The notes below the pieces were generated by a model that saw nothing but the letters and a program-made list of their open reading frames with translations, was not told where the DNA came from and did no database searches. The position numbers and the translations under genes were made by a program. This document shows, one piece after another, positions 46,405 to 54,879 of a stretch of DNA of 63,560 bases. Source of the stretch: Candidatus Magasanikiibacteriota bacterium (lineage in GTDB: Bacteria; Patescibacteriota; Patescibacteriia; Magasanikbacterales; GWA2-37-8); contig JBAYNU010000005.1 in assembly GCA_041678665.1 (NCBI GenBank), positions 1-63,560 of the forward strand, written 5' to 3'. Each line of letters starts with the position of its first letter. Positions within the stretch are counted from its first letter, which is position 1.

Positions 46405-48507
46405 TTATTTTTCCTTATTATTAGTTTCTAAAACAGGCGTGGATTTGATTTGTCCAATAATTTGCTGCTCTTGTTCGGTAAACATCACGTTATTTTTTTG
46501 AGCCAAAGATAATATCTCATCCATTTTTTGAGGTTGATTTAAAAATCTATACGCATAAGCTAAACGCCAATAACTTTCACCAATTTTGGGATTATCAGCA
46601 ATCGCCTGCTCTAATAATTTTATAGACTCGGAAGTTTGGCCAACTTGCATATCTAAACTAGACAAACTGTAAATAATTTGCTGGCGACGAGGCGATTTGA
46701 CTAACGCATCTTCCATCATTGTCTTGGCATCAAATATATATTCAGAATTATTGGTAATCATAGAACCCGTCTGTCCTAATTGGGACAAAGTGATTTGGTT
46801 GCGAATATCCAATGGATGCAATACTAAATTCTTTCGCAACTCCGGATATACAATATTAAAAATCTCTAAACTGCGATCTTTACCTAACTTTTCATAGGAA
46901 CCAGAAAGTAATTGAGCGACAGTGCGCCCAATATCTGCCCGAATATCATCAATATGGGGAGATCGAAAACTTAAAGCGGTTTTTATGTATGGCACGCCTA
47001 ACACTGGATCTTGGGATATATAGCGAATAGCATCTAACGTCATCATGTTAGCGCGTGCCGGCTGAATATTAAAAATAAAAATTAATAAACAAGCTACCAT
47101 GCCAACACTCGCCACAAAACCATTACTGATATTTTTGTCCACGGCCTGAATCCCCGCCTTCGTCTGTCTGCCAGTAGGCATGGCGAGGATGACAAACTTA
47201 GATCCTTCGCTACGCTCAGGATGACAGAAGCTGGACAAAGAATTCACCAGCGCCAACCAAAACATAAAATATAAATATGAGGTGGGATTTTCAAACACGG
47301 TAACATTGCCTACTAAATGCGCCACCAAAAACGCACTACCAATTACCACTATATGAATATTTAATTGACTATTTTTCCAAGCCAATACCAAAACGGCTAT
47401 TCCGACCGTAAACATACCCAAATAAATTATTATTCCGAAGGCTCCCTGCACAGCGAGCGTATTTACTATAATATTATGCGCGTTGTCAAACCATGTTTCA
47501 CCATAGCCGAAATTCAAAGACTTAGGGTTATAATGCGTATTAAAGGCGTAAAAATAATTATTCGGCCCCCAGCCAAAAATCGGTTTGTCTTTCCAGCTCT
47601 GAATGGCAATTTGCCAAGCAACCCAACGCGGGCTAGCTTGAAGATCGGTAAATGAAGTATTAATAGTACGACCAATGGCTGGTAAATTGATAACAAAATC
47701 AGTTTTTCTAAAGACGTAGAGTAAAGAGATAAAAATAATACCAAAAACCGCCAAACCAATAAGTGACCGACGAGTTTTTTTGTATTCTTTTAAAACAATT
47801 ATATACCCAATAATCGCCGTACTAATTCCGGCCACTAATCCCAACATGGAACCACGGGTACCACTGTAAAACAAGCCCAAAATAGATAAAATCGCTAAAC
47901 CAGCTAACACCCAACGCCACACTGGGTTATTTTCGCGAATAAATAAAAGATAAGACACAAAAGTAAGAAATAATCCATATCCACCCACATAAATAGCATT
48001 ACCAAGAGTACTCGCAACGCGTCCACTACCTTGATTTAACAACAGATCTGGATTTACCCATGCTTGTAACACCCCAATAAACATCACCACCGATCCACCA
48101 ATCAAAAACATCCTTAACGCCCACTTCCAATCATTCCAATTTTTAAAAACCGCCGTACAAATAAAATAATACGCCCCAAAATGTAAAATAGTAAACAACC
48201 CAAGCATGCGTTCGTGGTTATCCCAAAAACTATGATAAGGATCAACCCCGACAAAAGTAGAAATGGCAAAACTCAACAAAAAAGCGCCGACCGCCAGATT
48301 GAGCGCGGTTAAACGTGGACGATATTCCTGCCAATTGATTATTAAAAGCAACACATAAGCGCCTAGCATTATTTCAACAAGCGAACGAAACGCCAGAATT
48401 TTGGGAACAATGAAAGGAAAAATAAACGAAGACGGAAGCACAATTAATGGAACAAAAAAAGTGGCATAAATTAAACCTTTAATTAGAAGCTCAAGTTTGC
48501 GTTTCAT
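46405..48507 (-). CDS. O-antigen ligase/polymerase-like (Wzy_C) membrane protein fused to a C-terminal TPR domain; carries an in-frame double palindromic-element insertion
   Basis: [11 protein letters not shown] and [17 protein letters not shown] are typical of Wzy_C. C-terminal [19 protein letters not shown] is TPR-like. Start set to MKRKLELL (48507). Confidence 0.75.
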   Translation of the reverse strand: MKRKLELLIKGLIYATFFVPLIVLPSSFIFPFIVPKILAFRSLVEIMLGAYVLLLIINWQEYRPRLTALNLAVGAFLLSFAISTFVGVDPYHSFWDNHERMLGLFTILHFGAYYFICTAVFKNWNDWKWALRMFLIGGSVVMFIGVLQAWVNPDLLLNQGSGRVASTLGNAIYVGGYGLFLTFVSYLLFIRENNPVWRWVLAGLAILSILGLFYSGTRGSMLGLVAGISTAIIGYIIVLKEYKKTRRSLIGLAVFGIIFISLLYVFRKTDFVINLPAIGRTINTSFTDLQASPRWVAWQIAIQSWKDKPIFGWGPNNYFYAFNTHYNPKSLNFGYGETWFDNAHNIIVNTLAVQGAFGIIIYLGMFTVGIAVLVLAWKNSQLNIHIVVIGSAFLVAHLVGNVTVFENPTSYLYFMFWLALVNSLSSFCHPERSEGSKFVILAMPTGRQTKAGIQAVDKNISNGFVASVGMVACLLIFIFNIQPARANMMTLDAIRYISQDPVLGVPYIKTALSFRSPHIDDIRADIGRTVAQLLSGSYEKLGKDRSLEIFNIVYPELRKNLVLHPLDIRNQITLSQLGQTGSMITNNSEYIFDAKTMMEDALVKSPRRQQIIYSLSSLDMQVGQTSESIKLLEQAIADNPKIGESYWRLAYAYRFLNQPQKMDEILSLAQKNNVMFTEQEQQIIGQIKSTPVLETNNKEK
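47149..47226. repeat. Two adjacent REP/MITE-like modules inside the CDS (AATCCCCGC...GGATGACA and GATCCTTCGCTACGCTCAGGATGACA)
   Basis: Module 1 at 47149-47194 resembles 54703-54746. Module 2 at 47201-47226 resembles 53045-53079. Translated in-frame as [27 protein letters not shown]. Confidence 0.85.
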
Positions 48508-48567
48508 ACAATTTACAATGCTAATATTATAAAAATGCCAAAATGAATTCAGCACGACAATGCTAAT

Positions 48568-48596
48568 ATTGTAGCGAAAACGAAGTAAAGTGTCAA
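48568..48596 (-). promoter_or_regulatory. Sigma70-like promoter upstream of the ligase-TPR/gmd/fcl unit
   Basis: Minus strand reads TTGACA, 17 nt, TACAAT. A 14-nt direct repeat acaatgctaatatt (48515-48528 and 48557-48570) overlaps the -10. Confidence 0.5.
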
Positions 48597-48598
48597 AC

Positions 48599-51500
48599 TC
48601 AAATAGGCAAGTCAAACCCAATCCACCCCGGCCAATCAATCAGCTTATCCACATTTACAAAAGAGTCTCCGGACATATTATAAAGATGTAGCGTGGCGCC
48701 GGAATTTCCAAGCAAACCGCCATAAATATTTTGAATACTAACACTATCAAGATTTAACTCTCCCCCAATCATTTTGACCCCAAAAGTGGGAATATATTGA
48801 TTGTAATACTTCTCGTCATCTTTAATCTCGCAATTAGTCATGCTAATGGTGGAATTGTTGCCTTGCACCGTATAAAGCGGTCGCCGAGGATTAAGTAGAT
48901 TAACATTCATCATCTCTAAATTAGAATCTTTAGCCAAAATCATGCCATTATCACCACCGCCCGGTTGTGATGTCGGCCTGGAATTACCTTTTTCCAAATT
49001 AACATAACGTAAAGTGGATGACGAACCATCAAAACTCAATTGATTCCATTTTTGATCGTCGTAAAAAGGACTGAAAGAAATTGGATTTTCCGCTTCTCCT
49101 CTGGCCGTTAAAACACCATTAATATCCCAACTGGATTGGGAAGTCATTTTTATCTCCGCTCCGGGATCAATATATAATGTAGAAGATGGAGAAACGAAAA
49201 TGTAAGAAAATATTGATTTGTCTGCCATTTCTTTGGTAATGGTATACTCCGGTTGCGACAGGACAGTTGAATCAATATAGGCTCTATCCACGGTATTGTT
49301 GGAAAAACTTAAATTTGAAAATTTAGGTAAAATATCAGCAATAAGAATAGCGCCGCGACAGCAAGCATCAGGCGAATTAATAAAATCAGAAAAACTGCTA
49401 TCACTAATATCTACCGCGCTTTTATAAGACTCAAAACCACGTTCACCGCCTTTCATTGTAGCTGACCGCACGGTGGTAGTGGTGTTTTTAACATAAATCA
49501 TGGTGCCTAGATTATTACTAAACACCGAATTGCTGATTGATAAAACAGCCTCATCAGCCCGAATCGGCTGACTAACATAGGGCGTCCAAGTACCGGCTCC
49601 CGGCGGACGAAAAAGATGCCCGGCGTAGCGCATTTCTAAATTACTAATATTTCCAGTACTACCGGCATAAAATTGAATACCTTGCCAATCACCGGCAAAG
49701 GCGGTGGAAGTGCTCCATGTGCCTACAATGGTATTATAACTTGACTGATCAAACGACTGATCATACCCAGAAGTAAGAATTACCGGACGAGCACCTGATC
49801 CATTGATTTCCAAATCGCCATTAATCTTGAATGCGGAGGAATAATAAGCATTCTTAACCACTACCCCCTCTTCAATAATAAGTTTTTTGCCAACCGGAAC
49901 AGTATAGCCTCCTAATATATAAGGATTATTGCTGGGATTCAAAACATAAGTTTCTGCCGCCTGATTACCGCGCAACACAATAAACCCATAATTAGGCTGA
50001 CGAGGAGAAGCATTGAGATAAGCGCTATGATTGCGACCAAGCATACGCAATCCCAAGCTCGAATGCCAATTGGAAGCATCACTGCCTCTTTGATCGGCAC
50101 CATTTCTTTCCATGCTACGAAAACTGCTATCATCTCCGGCAAACCAACCGGACGAAGATGAACAGTCAACTTCGTCAACTTTTTCTCCTTGCGGATTAAA
50201 TAACGCTATTTTTTCACCGGCATTGTTGAATCCGTATTGCAAAGTATAAATAATATCGCCGGTAATTTCTTGCACACTGTCGTCATCGGTCCTTTCCAAA
50301 AGATAATAACCATGCGCCGGAATAACACCATTATTAATCTTGCTCCATTTAATCGTTCGATCCCCGACCGTCACCCGCCAACTACTGCTAGCGCTGGTAG
50401 TGGCCAATATAATATCCTCGTTGGTATTATTATACAATTCCAACCATTCATCATCGGCATAACCCGCCGCCCCCGCCCAAGCCACCTCGTTGATTACTAT
50501 TTCCTTACTCCAATCAATATATGATAAGGTGGACGAAGCAGTTTCGTCACTCCAGGCAGAAGTATTACCCAACCCATCACGCGCGCGAGCCCGAAAATAA
50601 TATCCGGACCCCCGCTCTCCGGATAAACTAAACTCGGTAGTAGTGGTGTTAATGGCAATTTCTTGCCAAGCGCTGGAAGAATTAATATCTAAACGATAAA
50701 ACAAATCAAAATAAGTTAACGGCGACAACTCGTCAATGCTGGACAAATTAATAGACAATTCGGTTGAACCAACATCATTAGAGACAACAACACTAGGCAC
50801 CGGGGGTGAATCATTATCCAAAACTAAATGCGCCGGGAGAGATTGGGTAGAAGTAACACCGTCAATATCAACTGCGACAAAATAAAAATAATTATGACCG
50901 GAGTTAAGCACTGGTTCGTATTCAAAGAGACTAGACGAAGCAATAAAAAATTCCGCTATCGGACTGGAAGAAGCATCTACAATAATTTTAACGGTATCGC
51001 TAGAACAAGTACCGGTGATTAACCAATCGGATGAAGTGGTATAAATAACTTCTTTAAATTGCTCATCTAAAACCGGCATAGCCAGCACGCTAACGGTCGA
51101 AGTGGTAGTGGTAGAAACATTACCCTGTTCATCCCATCCTCCACCTGACGATGGTAACGACGCGCTACTTCCGCCTCCGCCATAATAAGGAACAATGACA
51201 GTAGAAGATGTGGCAACCGGCGGTGTTGTGGTTGGTAACAAAATCGGCTCCTTAATTATATCTGGCACAACTCTAGTGGTGGGTATCGCTATGGGATTAG
51301 AGGAAGGAATGGCTGTGGCGAAAGATGAATCGTTTCCACCATAGGCGACGACAGGCGGGAGAGGTGGGGTCGCCGAATTAATTTCACCTGCTCCTTGCCC
51401 TTGCGCCGTTTGACCAAGAGTGGTCATAGTGGTATCCACCTGACGCAAAATATTAGCGGTAAAATCACTGGGTGATGAACCAAATAATTTTTCCGCGCCG

Positions 51501-52447
51501 GTAACCAGATAGCCCCAAACAGTATTAACTACTCCATCCAAATTAATTTTTAGCGCTGATAAATTTTGTTTTTCGTTTTTAGCCGCTTCGCGAAAAAACA
51601 AATCAATCAATCCAGCGCTATTGGATATGGCGGCAGAGACGAGGCGGGTGGAATAAGAAAATAAAATAGCATTTAAATTTACTGTTACACTATTATTATC
51701 TTGCCATGCTATATCCTCAATAGCAAAAACTAGTCTGTTAATATTGTCCACTTTAATTATATACTTATGCCCATTTGAAACCAATCGATTACCATTTTTG
51801 GTGCTAATAATTTGATAATACTTACTCTCAATCGTATCATCGCTATAGAAGTTCCCATTAGAATACTTGGCCAAATTATAAAAAGCAGAATTCAGATCGC
51901 TAATGTTTTGAAATGAATATTCTAAATTAGGCGATATCTTTTTCCAATTGTCTTTTACATACTGCTCCAAAGAATCTCCGGCCGGATGAATATCGTTACG
52001 AGTGTGAGCCGGCACAGCCATGTCACTAAGTAAATGAATGGCATGGCCCAAGGCAACCATGGCGTTTTTCCGATCACCCTTTTGGTAATAATCCAAAGCT
52101 CTTTGCCAACTTTGGTCGCCCAACGAATATTTTATCTGTAAAATTGGACCGGTAACCCAACTGATTGTGGTTGGGTATTGCGCGCCAAACCAAATACCGC
52201 GATTATAAACCGGATCATAAAAATGATTGTACCATCTCGTGGGAACATCCTCTTCGGACGCGCCTTTTTTAATACAATTAATATCTTCCACGCTTAATTG
52301 AACATCTTTAATAGCTCGATCAAATTCCCTGGCAGCCAATTCGGCAATACTAGGATGAGCGATATTAGTATCAAAACAAAAAGCCCGGGCAGGCAATAAA
52401 ACCCCAACCGAGCAAAATAATATTAATAAAGTTACCCTCCAATTCAT
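48599..52447 (-). CDS. 1282-aa secreted mosaic protein: Zn-phospholipase-C-like N-domain, Pro/Thr-rich linker, FN3-like domain, lamin-tail-like domain, beta-helix-like C-terminal region
   Basis: Signal peptide MNWRVTLLILFCSVGVLLPARA. HAIHLLSDMAVPAHTRND. YYFRARARDGLGNTSAWS. VINEVAWAGAAGYADDEWLELYNNT. Repetitive Asn/Ser/Gly-rich C-terminal third. Confidence 0.75.
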   Translation of the reverse strand: MNWRVTLLILFCSVGVLLPARAFCFDTNIAHPSIAELAAREFDRAIKDVQLSVEDINCIKKGASEEDVPTRWYNHFYDPVYNRGIWFGAQYPTTISWVTGPILQIKYSLGDQSWQRALDYYQKGDRKNAMVALGHAIHLLSDMAVPAHTRNDIHPAGDSLEQYVKDNWKKISPNLEYSFQNISDLNSAFYNLAKYSNGNFYSDDTIESKYYQIISTKNGNRLVSNGHKYIIKVDNINRLVFAIEDIAWQDNNSVTVNLNAILFSYSTRLVSAAISNSAGLIDLFFREAAKNEKQNLSALKINLDGVVNTVWGYLVTGAEKLFGSSPSDFTANILRQVDTTMTTLGQTAQGQGAGEINSATPPLPPVVAYGGNDSSFATAIPSSNPIAIPTTRVVPDIIKEPILLPTTTPPVATSSTVIVPYYGGGGSSASLPSSGGGWDEQGNVSTTTTSTVSVLAMPVLDEQFKEVIYTTSSDWLITGTCSSDTVKIIVDASSSPIAEFFIASSSLFEYEPVLNSGHNYFYFVAVDIDGVTSTQSLPAHLVLDNDSPPVPSVVVSNDVGSTELSINLSSIDELSPLTYFDLFYRLDINSSSAWQEIAINTTTTEFSLSGERGSGYYFRARARDGLGNTSAWSDETASSTLSYIDWSKEIVINEVAWAGAAGYADDEWLELYNNTNEDIILATTSASSSWRVTVGDRTIKWSKINNGVIPAHGYYLLERTDDDSVQEITGDIIYTLQYGFNNAGEKIALFNPQGEKVDEVDCSSSSGWFAGDDSSFRSMERNGADQRGSDASNWHSSLGLRMLGRNHSAYLNASPRQPNYGFIVLRGNQAAETYVLNPSNNPYILGGYTVPVGKKLIIEEGVVVKNAYYSSAFKINGDLEINGSGARPVILTSGYDQSFDQSSYNTIVGTWSTSTAFAGDWQGIQFYAGSTGNISNLEMRYAGHLFRPPGAGTWTPYVSQPIRADEAVLSISNSVFSNNLGTMIYVKNTTTTVRSATMKGGERGFESYKSAVDISDSSFSDFINSPDACCRGAILIADILPKFSNLSFSNNTVDRAYIDSTVLSQPEYTITKEMADKSIFSYIFVSPSSTLYIDPGAEIKMTSQSSWDINGVLTARGEAENPISFSPFYDDQKWNQLSFDGSSSTLRYVNLEKGNSRPTSQPGGGDNGMILAKDSNLEMMNVNLLNPRRPLYTVQGNNSTISMTNCEIKDDEKYYNQYIPTFGVKMIGGELNLDSVSIQNIYGGLLGNSGATLHLYNMSGDSFVNVDKLIDWPGWIGFDLPI

Positions 52448-52489
52448 AACTTTTTAAAAATTAAAATACTTAATACCAAATACTAGATA

Positions 52490-53008
52490 CTACAACGACT
52501 CAATATACCAAATACCATCAGATACCTTTACAAAAGTCATAAATCCGGCATTTTTTTCTCCACTCTTTGAAGTCCCATCAAAAATATATGTCGCCTTATT
52601 CTCCGACTTAAAATCAGGGTCGATTTTAGTTATATCACTTATCATCAAATCCAACATTCCCTTTTCTTTCACGCCATTCAAAAACTCCTTTTGCTTCGCC
52701 CTATCCCCTTCTCTAAAACAACAATTCACCGCCGCGTCAAAATCGCCTTTTTTAAGCGCGGCTAGAAATAGCGCGTGAGTTTGCTCGGGGGTTTGTTTGT
52801 CGGCTACGCCACTATAATCAATATATTGCGGATACATTTTATTTAGTTCGGCTTGATTATAATTACGATACGGAAATTTGGGATTGGCCAGGCCCATTTG
52901 AACGCGTTCTTGTTTTTGAGTGAACCAACCAATGGAAATTAAAAATAATAAAAAAAGAACGATAATACCGACGACTACCGTTCCCCAAAACCAAACTTTC
53001 TTGGTCAT
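52490..53008 (-). CDS. Membrane-anchored hypothetical protein
   Basis: 172 aa with one N-terminal helix and a small soluble domain. No recognised motif. Confidence 0.55.
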   Translation of the reverse strand: MTKKVWFWGTVVVGIIVLFLLFLISIGWFTQKQERVQMGLANPKFPYRNYNQAELNKMYPQYIDYSGVADKQTPEQTHALFLAALKKGDFDAAVNCCFREGDRAKQKEFLNGVKEKGMLDLMISDITKIDPDFKSENKATYIFDGTSKSGEKNAGFMTFVKVSDGIWYIESL

Positions 53009-53044
53009 ATTAGAAATGTTTTATTAAAATAAATTGTTGTGATA

Positions 53045-53079
53045 GATCCTTCGATTCGCTTCGCTCACTCAGGATGACA
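53045..53079. repeat. REP/MITE-like element (GATCCTTCG...CTCAGGATGACA)
   Basis: gatccttcgattcgcttcgctcactcaggatgaca. Confidence 0.85.
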
Positions 53080-53109
53080 GTTGGCGAGTGAATAACCTCT
53101 TATAAAAAC

Positions 53110-53130
53110 AATCCCGATTTAATCGGGATT
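53110..53130 (-). terminator. Hairpin plus U-run on the minus strand (candidate apt terminator or leader attenuator)
   Basis: aatcccgat-tta-atcgggatt, followed on the minus strand by GTTTTTATA. Confidence 0.5.
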
Positions 53131-53176
53131 ATTTTCCCCTCCTCGGAAAGTATTATACCACAAATTGACAAATCAT

Positions 53177-53191
53177 GCCTGTGGATAACTT
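53177..53191. repeat. 15-mer gcctgtggataactt, inverted copy of 44222-44236
   Basis: Exact reverse complement of aagttatccacaggc. Confidence 0.8.
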
Positions 53192-53204
53192 TGGACCACG
53201 CTTG

Positions 53205-53279
53205 CCCACCTTTGGCGGGAATGACAACGAAACATAAAGAGATCCTTCGACTCAGCCTTCGACTTCACTCAGGATGACA
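53205..53279. repeat. Two REP/MITE-like modules downstream of apt
   Basis: cccacctttggcgggaatgaca (53205-53226) and gatccttcgactcagccttcgacttcactcaggatgaca (53241-53279). Confidence 0.85.
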
Positions 53280-53293
53280 AGTGCTAGTGCTCC

Positions 53294-53827
53294 TTATTCC
53301 CCTTCAAACTCAACCAGAGCGAAGGATTTGTGGCCGGCGGATTCGAGTTTTTTCTTGCCACCTAATTCCGGAAGGTCTACCACAAAGCAACATTCTGCTA
53401 CTTGCCCGCCGGCTTTTTTAATCAAATTGCAGGCAGCCAAAGCTGTGCCACCGGTGGCGATGAGATCGTCCACGAGTAAAACTTTTTCGCCGGGCAGAAG
53501 CGCGTCCAAATGTATTTCAATTTTGTCCTTGCCGTATTCCAATTCGTATTCTTCGCTAATGGTCGCGGCCGGGAGTTTACCTTTCTTGCGAATTGGCACA
53601 AAACCCAAACCCAACCGATCGGCTAAAGGCGAGCCGATGATAAACCCGCGGGATTCAATGCCGACAATTTTGTCTATCTTAAAATTTTTATAACGCTCTT
53701 GCAGTAAATCCAGCATGCGCTTGAAACCGACTGCATCTTGCAGAAGGGTGGTAATGTCTCTAAACATTATCCCCTGCTTAGGCCAGTGCGGCACGGTGCG
53801 AATTTTTTGTTTGAGAATGTGAGGCAT
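53294..53827 (-). CDS. apt: Adenine phosphoribosyltransferase
   Basis: WPKQGIMFRDITTLLQD, VLLVDDLIATGGTA. Start set to MPHILKQ (53827), because the ORF-track extension is translated from a palindromic element. Confidence 0.92.
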   Translation of the reverse strand: MPHILKQKIRTVPHWPKQGIMFRDITTLLQDAVGFKRMLDLLQERYKNFKIDKIVGIESRGFIIGSPLADRLGLGFVPIRKKGKLPAATISEEYELEYGKDKIEIHLDALLPGEKVLLVDDLIATGGTALAACNLIKKAGGQVAECCFVVDLPELGGKKKLESAGHKSFALVEFEGE

Positions 53828-53849
53828 ACGAAAGGAATAAAGAGTAACT

Positions 53850-53915
53850 GTCATCCCCGTGAAAACGGGGATCCGCCCCGTCAAGTCGCTGATTCCCGCT
53901 TTCGCGGGAATGACA
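53850..53915. repeat. Two inverted short palindromic elements between mtnP and apt
   Basis: gtcatccccgtgaaaacggggatcc (53850-53874) and gattcccgctttcgcgggaatgaca (53891-53915). Confidence 0.85.
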
Positions 53916-53918
53916 ATG

Positions 53919-54668
53919 TTACTTTAACCTCTCAATCGCATGAATTAACAAATTCGTAACATTGTGCGCGTTTTTATTGAAAATCTCCATCACCGCTTCC
54001 CAAGATACCGGCGCTTCGTCTTCTTTCCAGCAATCATAATCGGTAGACATTGCTACAGCAACATACGGAATGCCGGCTTCGTTGGCAAGCGATGCTTCGG
54101 GCGCGATTGACATATTAATCACATCCGCTCCCCAAGCGCGAAACATTTTGCTTTCGGCTTTGGTAGAAAATCTGGGGCCTTCAATAGTAACAACCGTCCC
54201 CCGCTCATGATGAGTTAAATTTAATTCTTTACAACCATCAATAAAAATTTGGCGTAAAATTTTATCAAACGGCTCCGCCATGGGAGTGTGCTTCATTTGC
54301 CCCGGTTCAAAACTTTCGTAAAAAGTGGAAAAACGATGGCGAGTGAAATCTATAAACTGATCAAGTATCACCAAATGCCCGCGCCCAATTTCTTCGCGCA
54401 AAGAACCAACGGCGGTGGTGGCGAGAATATGCGTGCAACCAACTTCTTTGAGCGCTTGAATGTTGGCGCGAAAATTTACCTGCGTGGGTGGAATAGTGTG
54501 TTCGCGCCCATGGCGAGCAATCAAAACCACCTCCACGCCTTTGATAGTGCCACATTTTAAAAACGAAGATGGCGCGCCATAGGGGGTTTTCGCCTCCATG
54601 TCGTGGGAATTTTCTAAAATTTTGGGGTCGTCTAGACCGGACCCGCCGATGATGCCGATTTTGAGCAT
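53919..54668 (-). CDS. mtnP: S-methyl-5'-thioadenosine phosphorylase / purine nucleoside phosphorylase family
   Basis: MLKIGIIGGSGL, 249 aa, MTAP-like sequence throughout. Confidence 0.85.
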   Translation of the reverse strand: MLKIGIIGGSGLDDPKILENSHDMEAKTPYGAPSSFLKCGTIKGVEVVLIARHGREHTIPPTQVNFRANIQALKEVGCTHILATTAVGSLREEIGRGHLVILDQFIDFTRHRFSTFYESFEPGQMKHTPMAEPFDKILRQIFIDGCKELNLTHHERGTVVTIEGPRFSTKAESKMFRAWGADVINMSIAPEASLANEAGIPYVAVAMSTDYDCWKEDEAPVSWEAVMEIFNKNAHNVTNLLIHAIERLK

Positions 54669-54702
54669 AAATTAAGGAGTAAGGAATAAAGAATAAGGAG
54701 TA

Positions 54703-54763
54703 AATCCCCGCTTTCCCTCCAAAGGCGGGCAGGCGTCGGGATGACAAACGCGAAAGGGTGACA
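54703..54763. repeat. REP/MITE-like element in the mtnP leader
   Basis: aatccccgctttccctccaaaggcgggcaggcgtcgggatgaca plus aacgcgaaagggtgaca. Confidence 0.8.
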
Positions 54764-54801
54764 AACTAAAACAATTATACCACAACAAAAAATTTTCACA
54801 A

Positions 54802-54834
54802 CCAAAACCCACCCCCTTGCGAGGGCGGGTTTGG
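54802..54834 (-). terminator. Rho-independent terminator of the S-layer-like gene
   Basis: Minus strand reads ccaaacccgccctc-gcaa-gggggtgggttttgg followed by ttg. A GGTATAAT-type -10 for mtnP follows at about 54775-54782. Confidence 0.75.
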
Positions 54835-54879
54835 AAATCTTATCCTCTCAATTTAAAATTGAGAAAAAATGATTAGTGC

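Noticed and set aside
48508-48639. ORF-track N-terminal extensions (48508-48639 ligase; 6094-6150 PBP; 42422-42472 rfbF; 44156-44176 HTH; 53828-53884 apt; 35600-35653 SDR; 18881-18910 GT)
   Set aside because: The internal Met codons give canonical protein N-termini and remove long overlaps with upstream genes or promoters, whereas the extensions cover promoter or repeat DNA.
53738-53959. Small ORFs 53738-53959, 53274-53693 and 54361-54747 around apt and mtnP
   Set aside because: They are translated largely from palindromic repeat elements, or are antisense or out of frame relative to apt and mtnP, both of which have canonical sequences.
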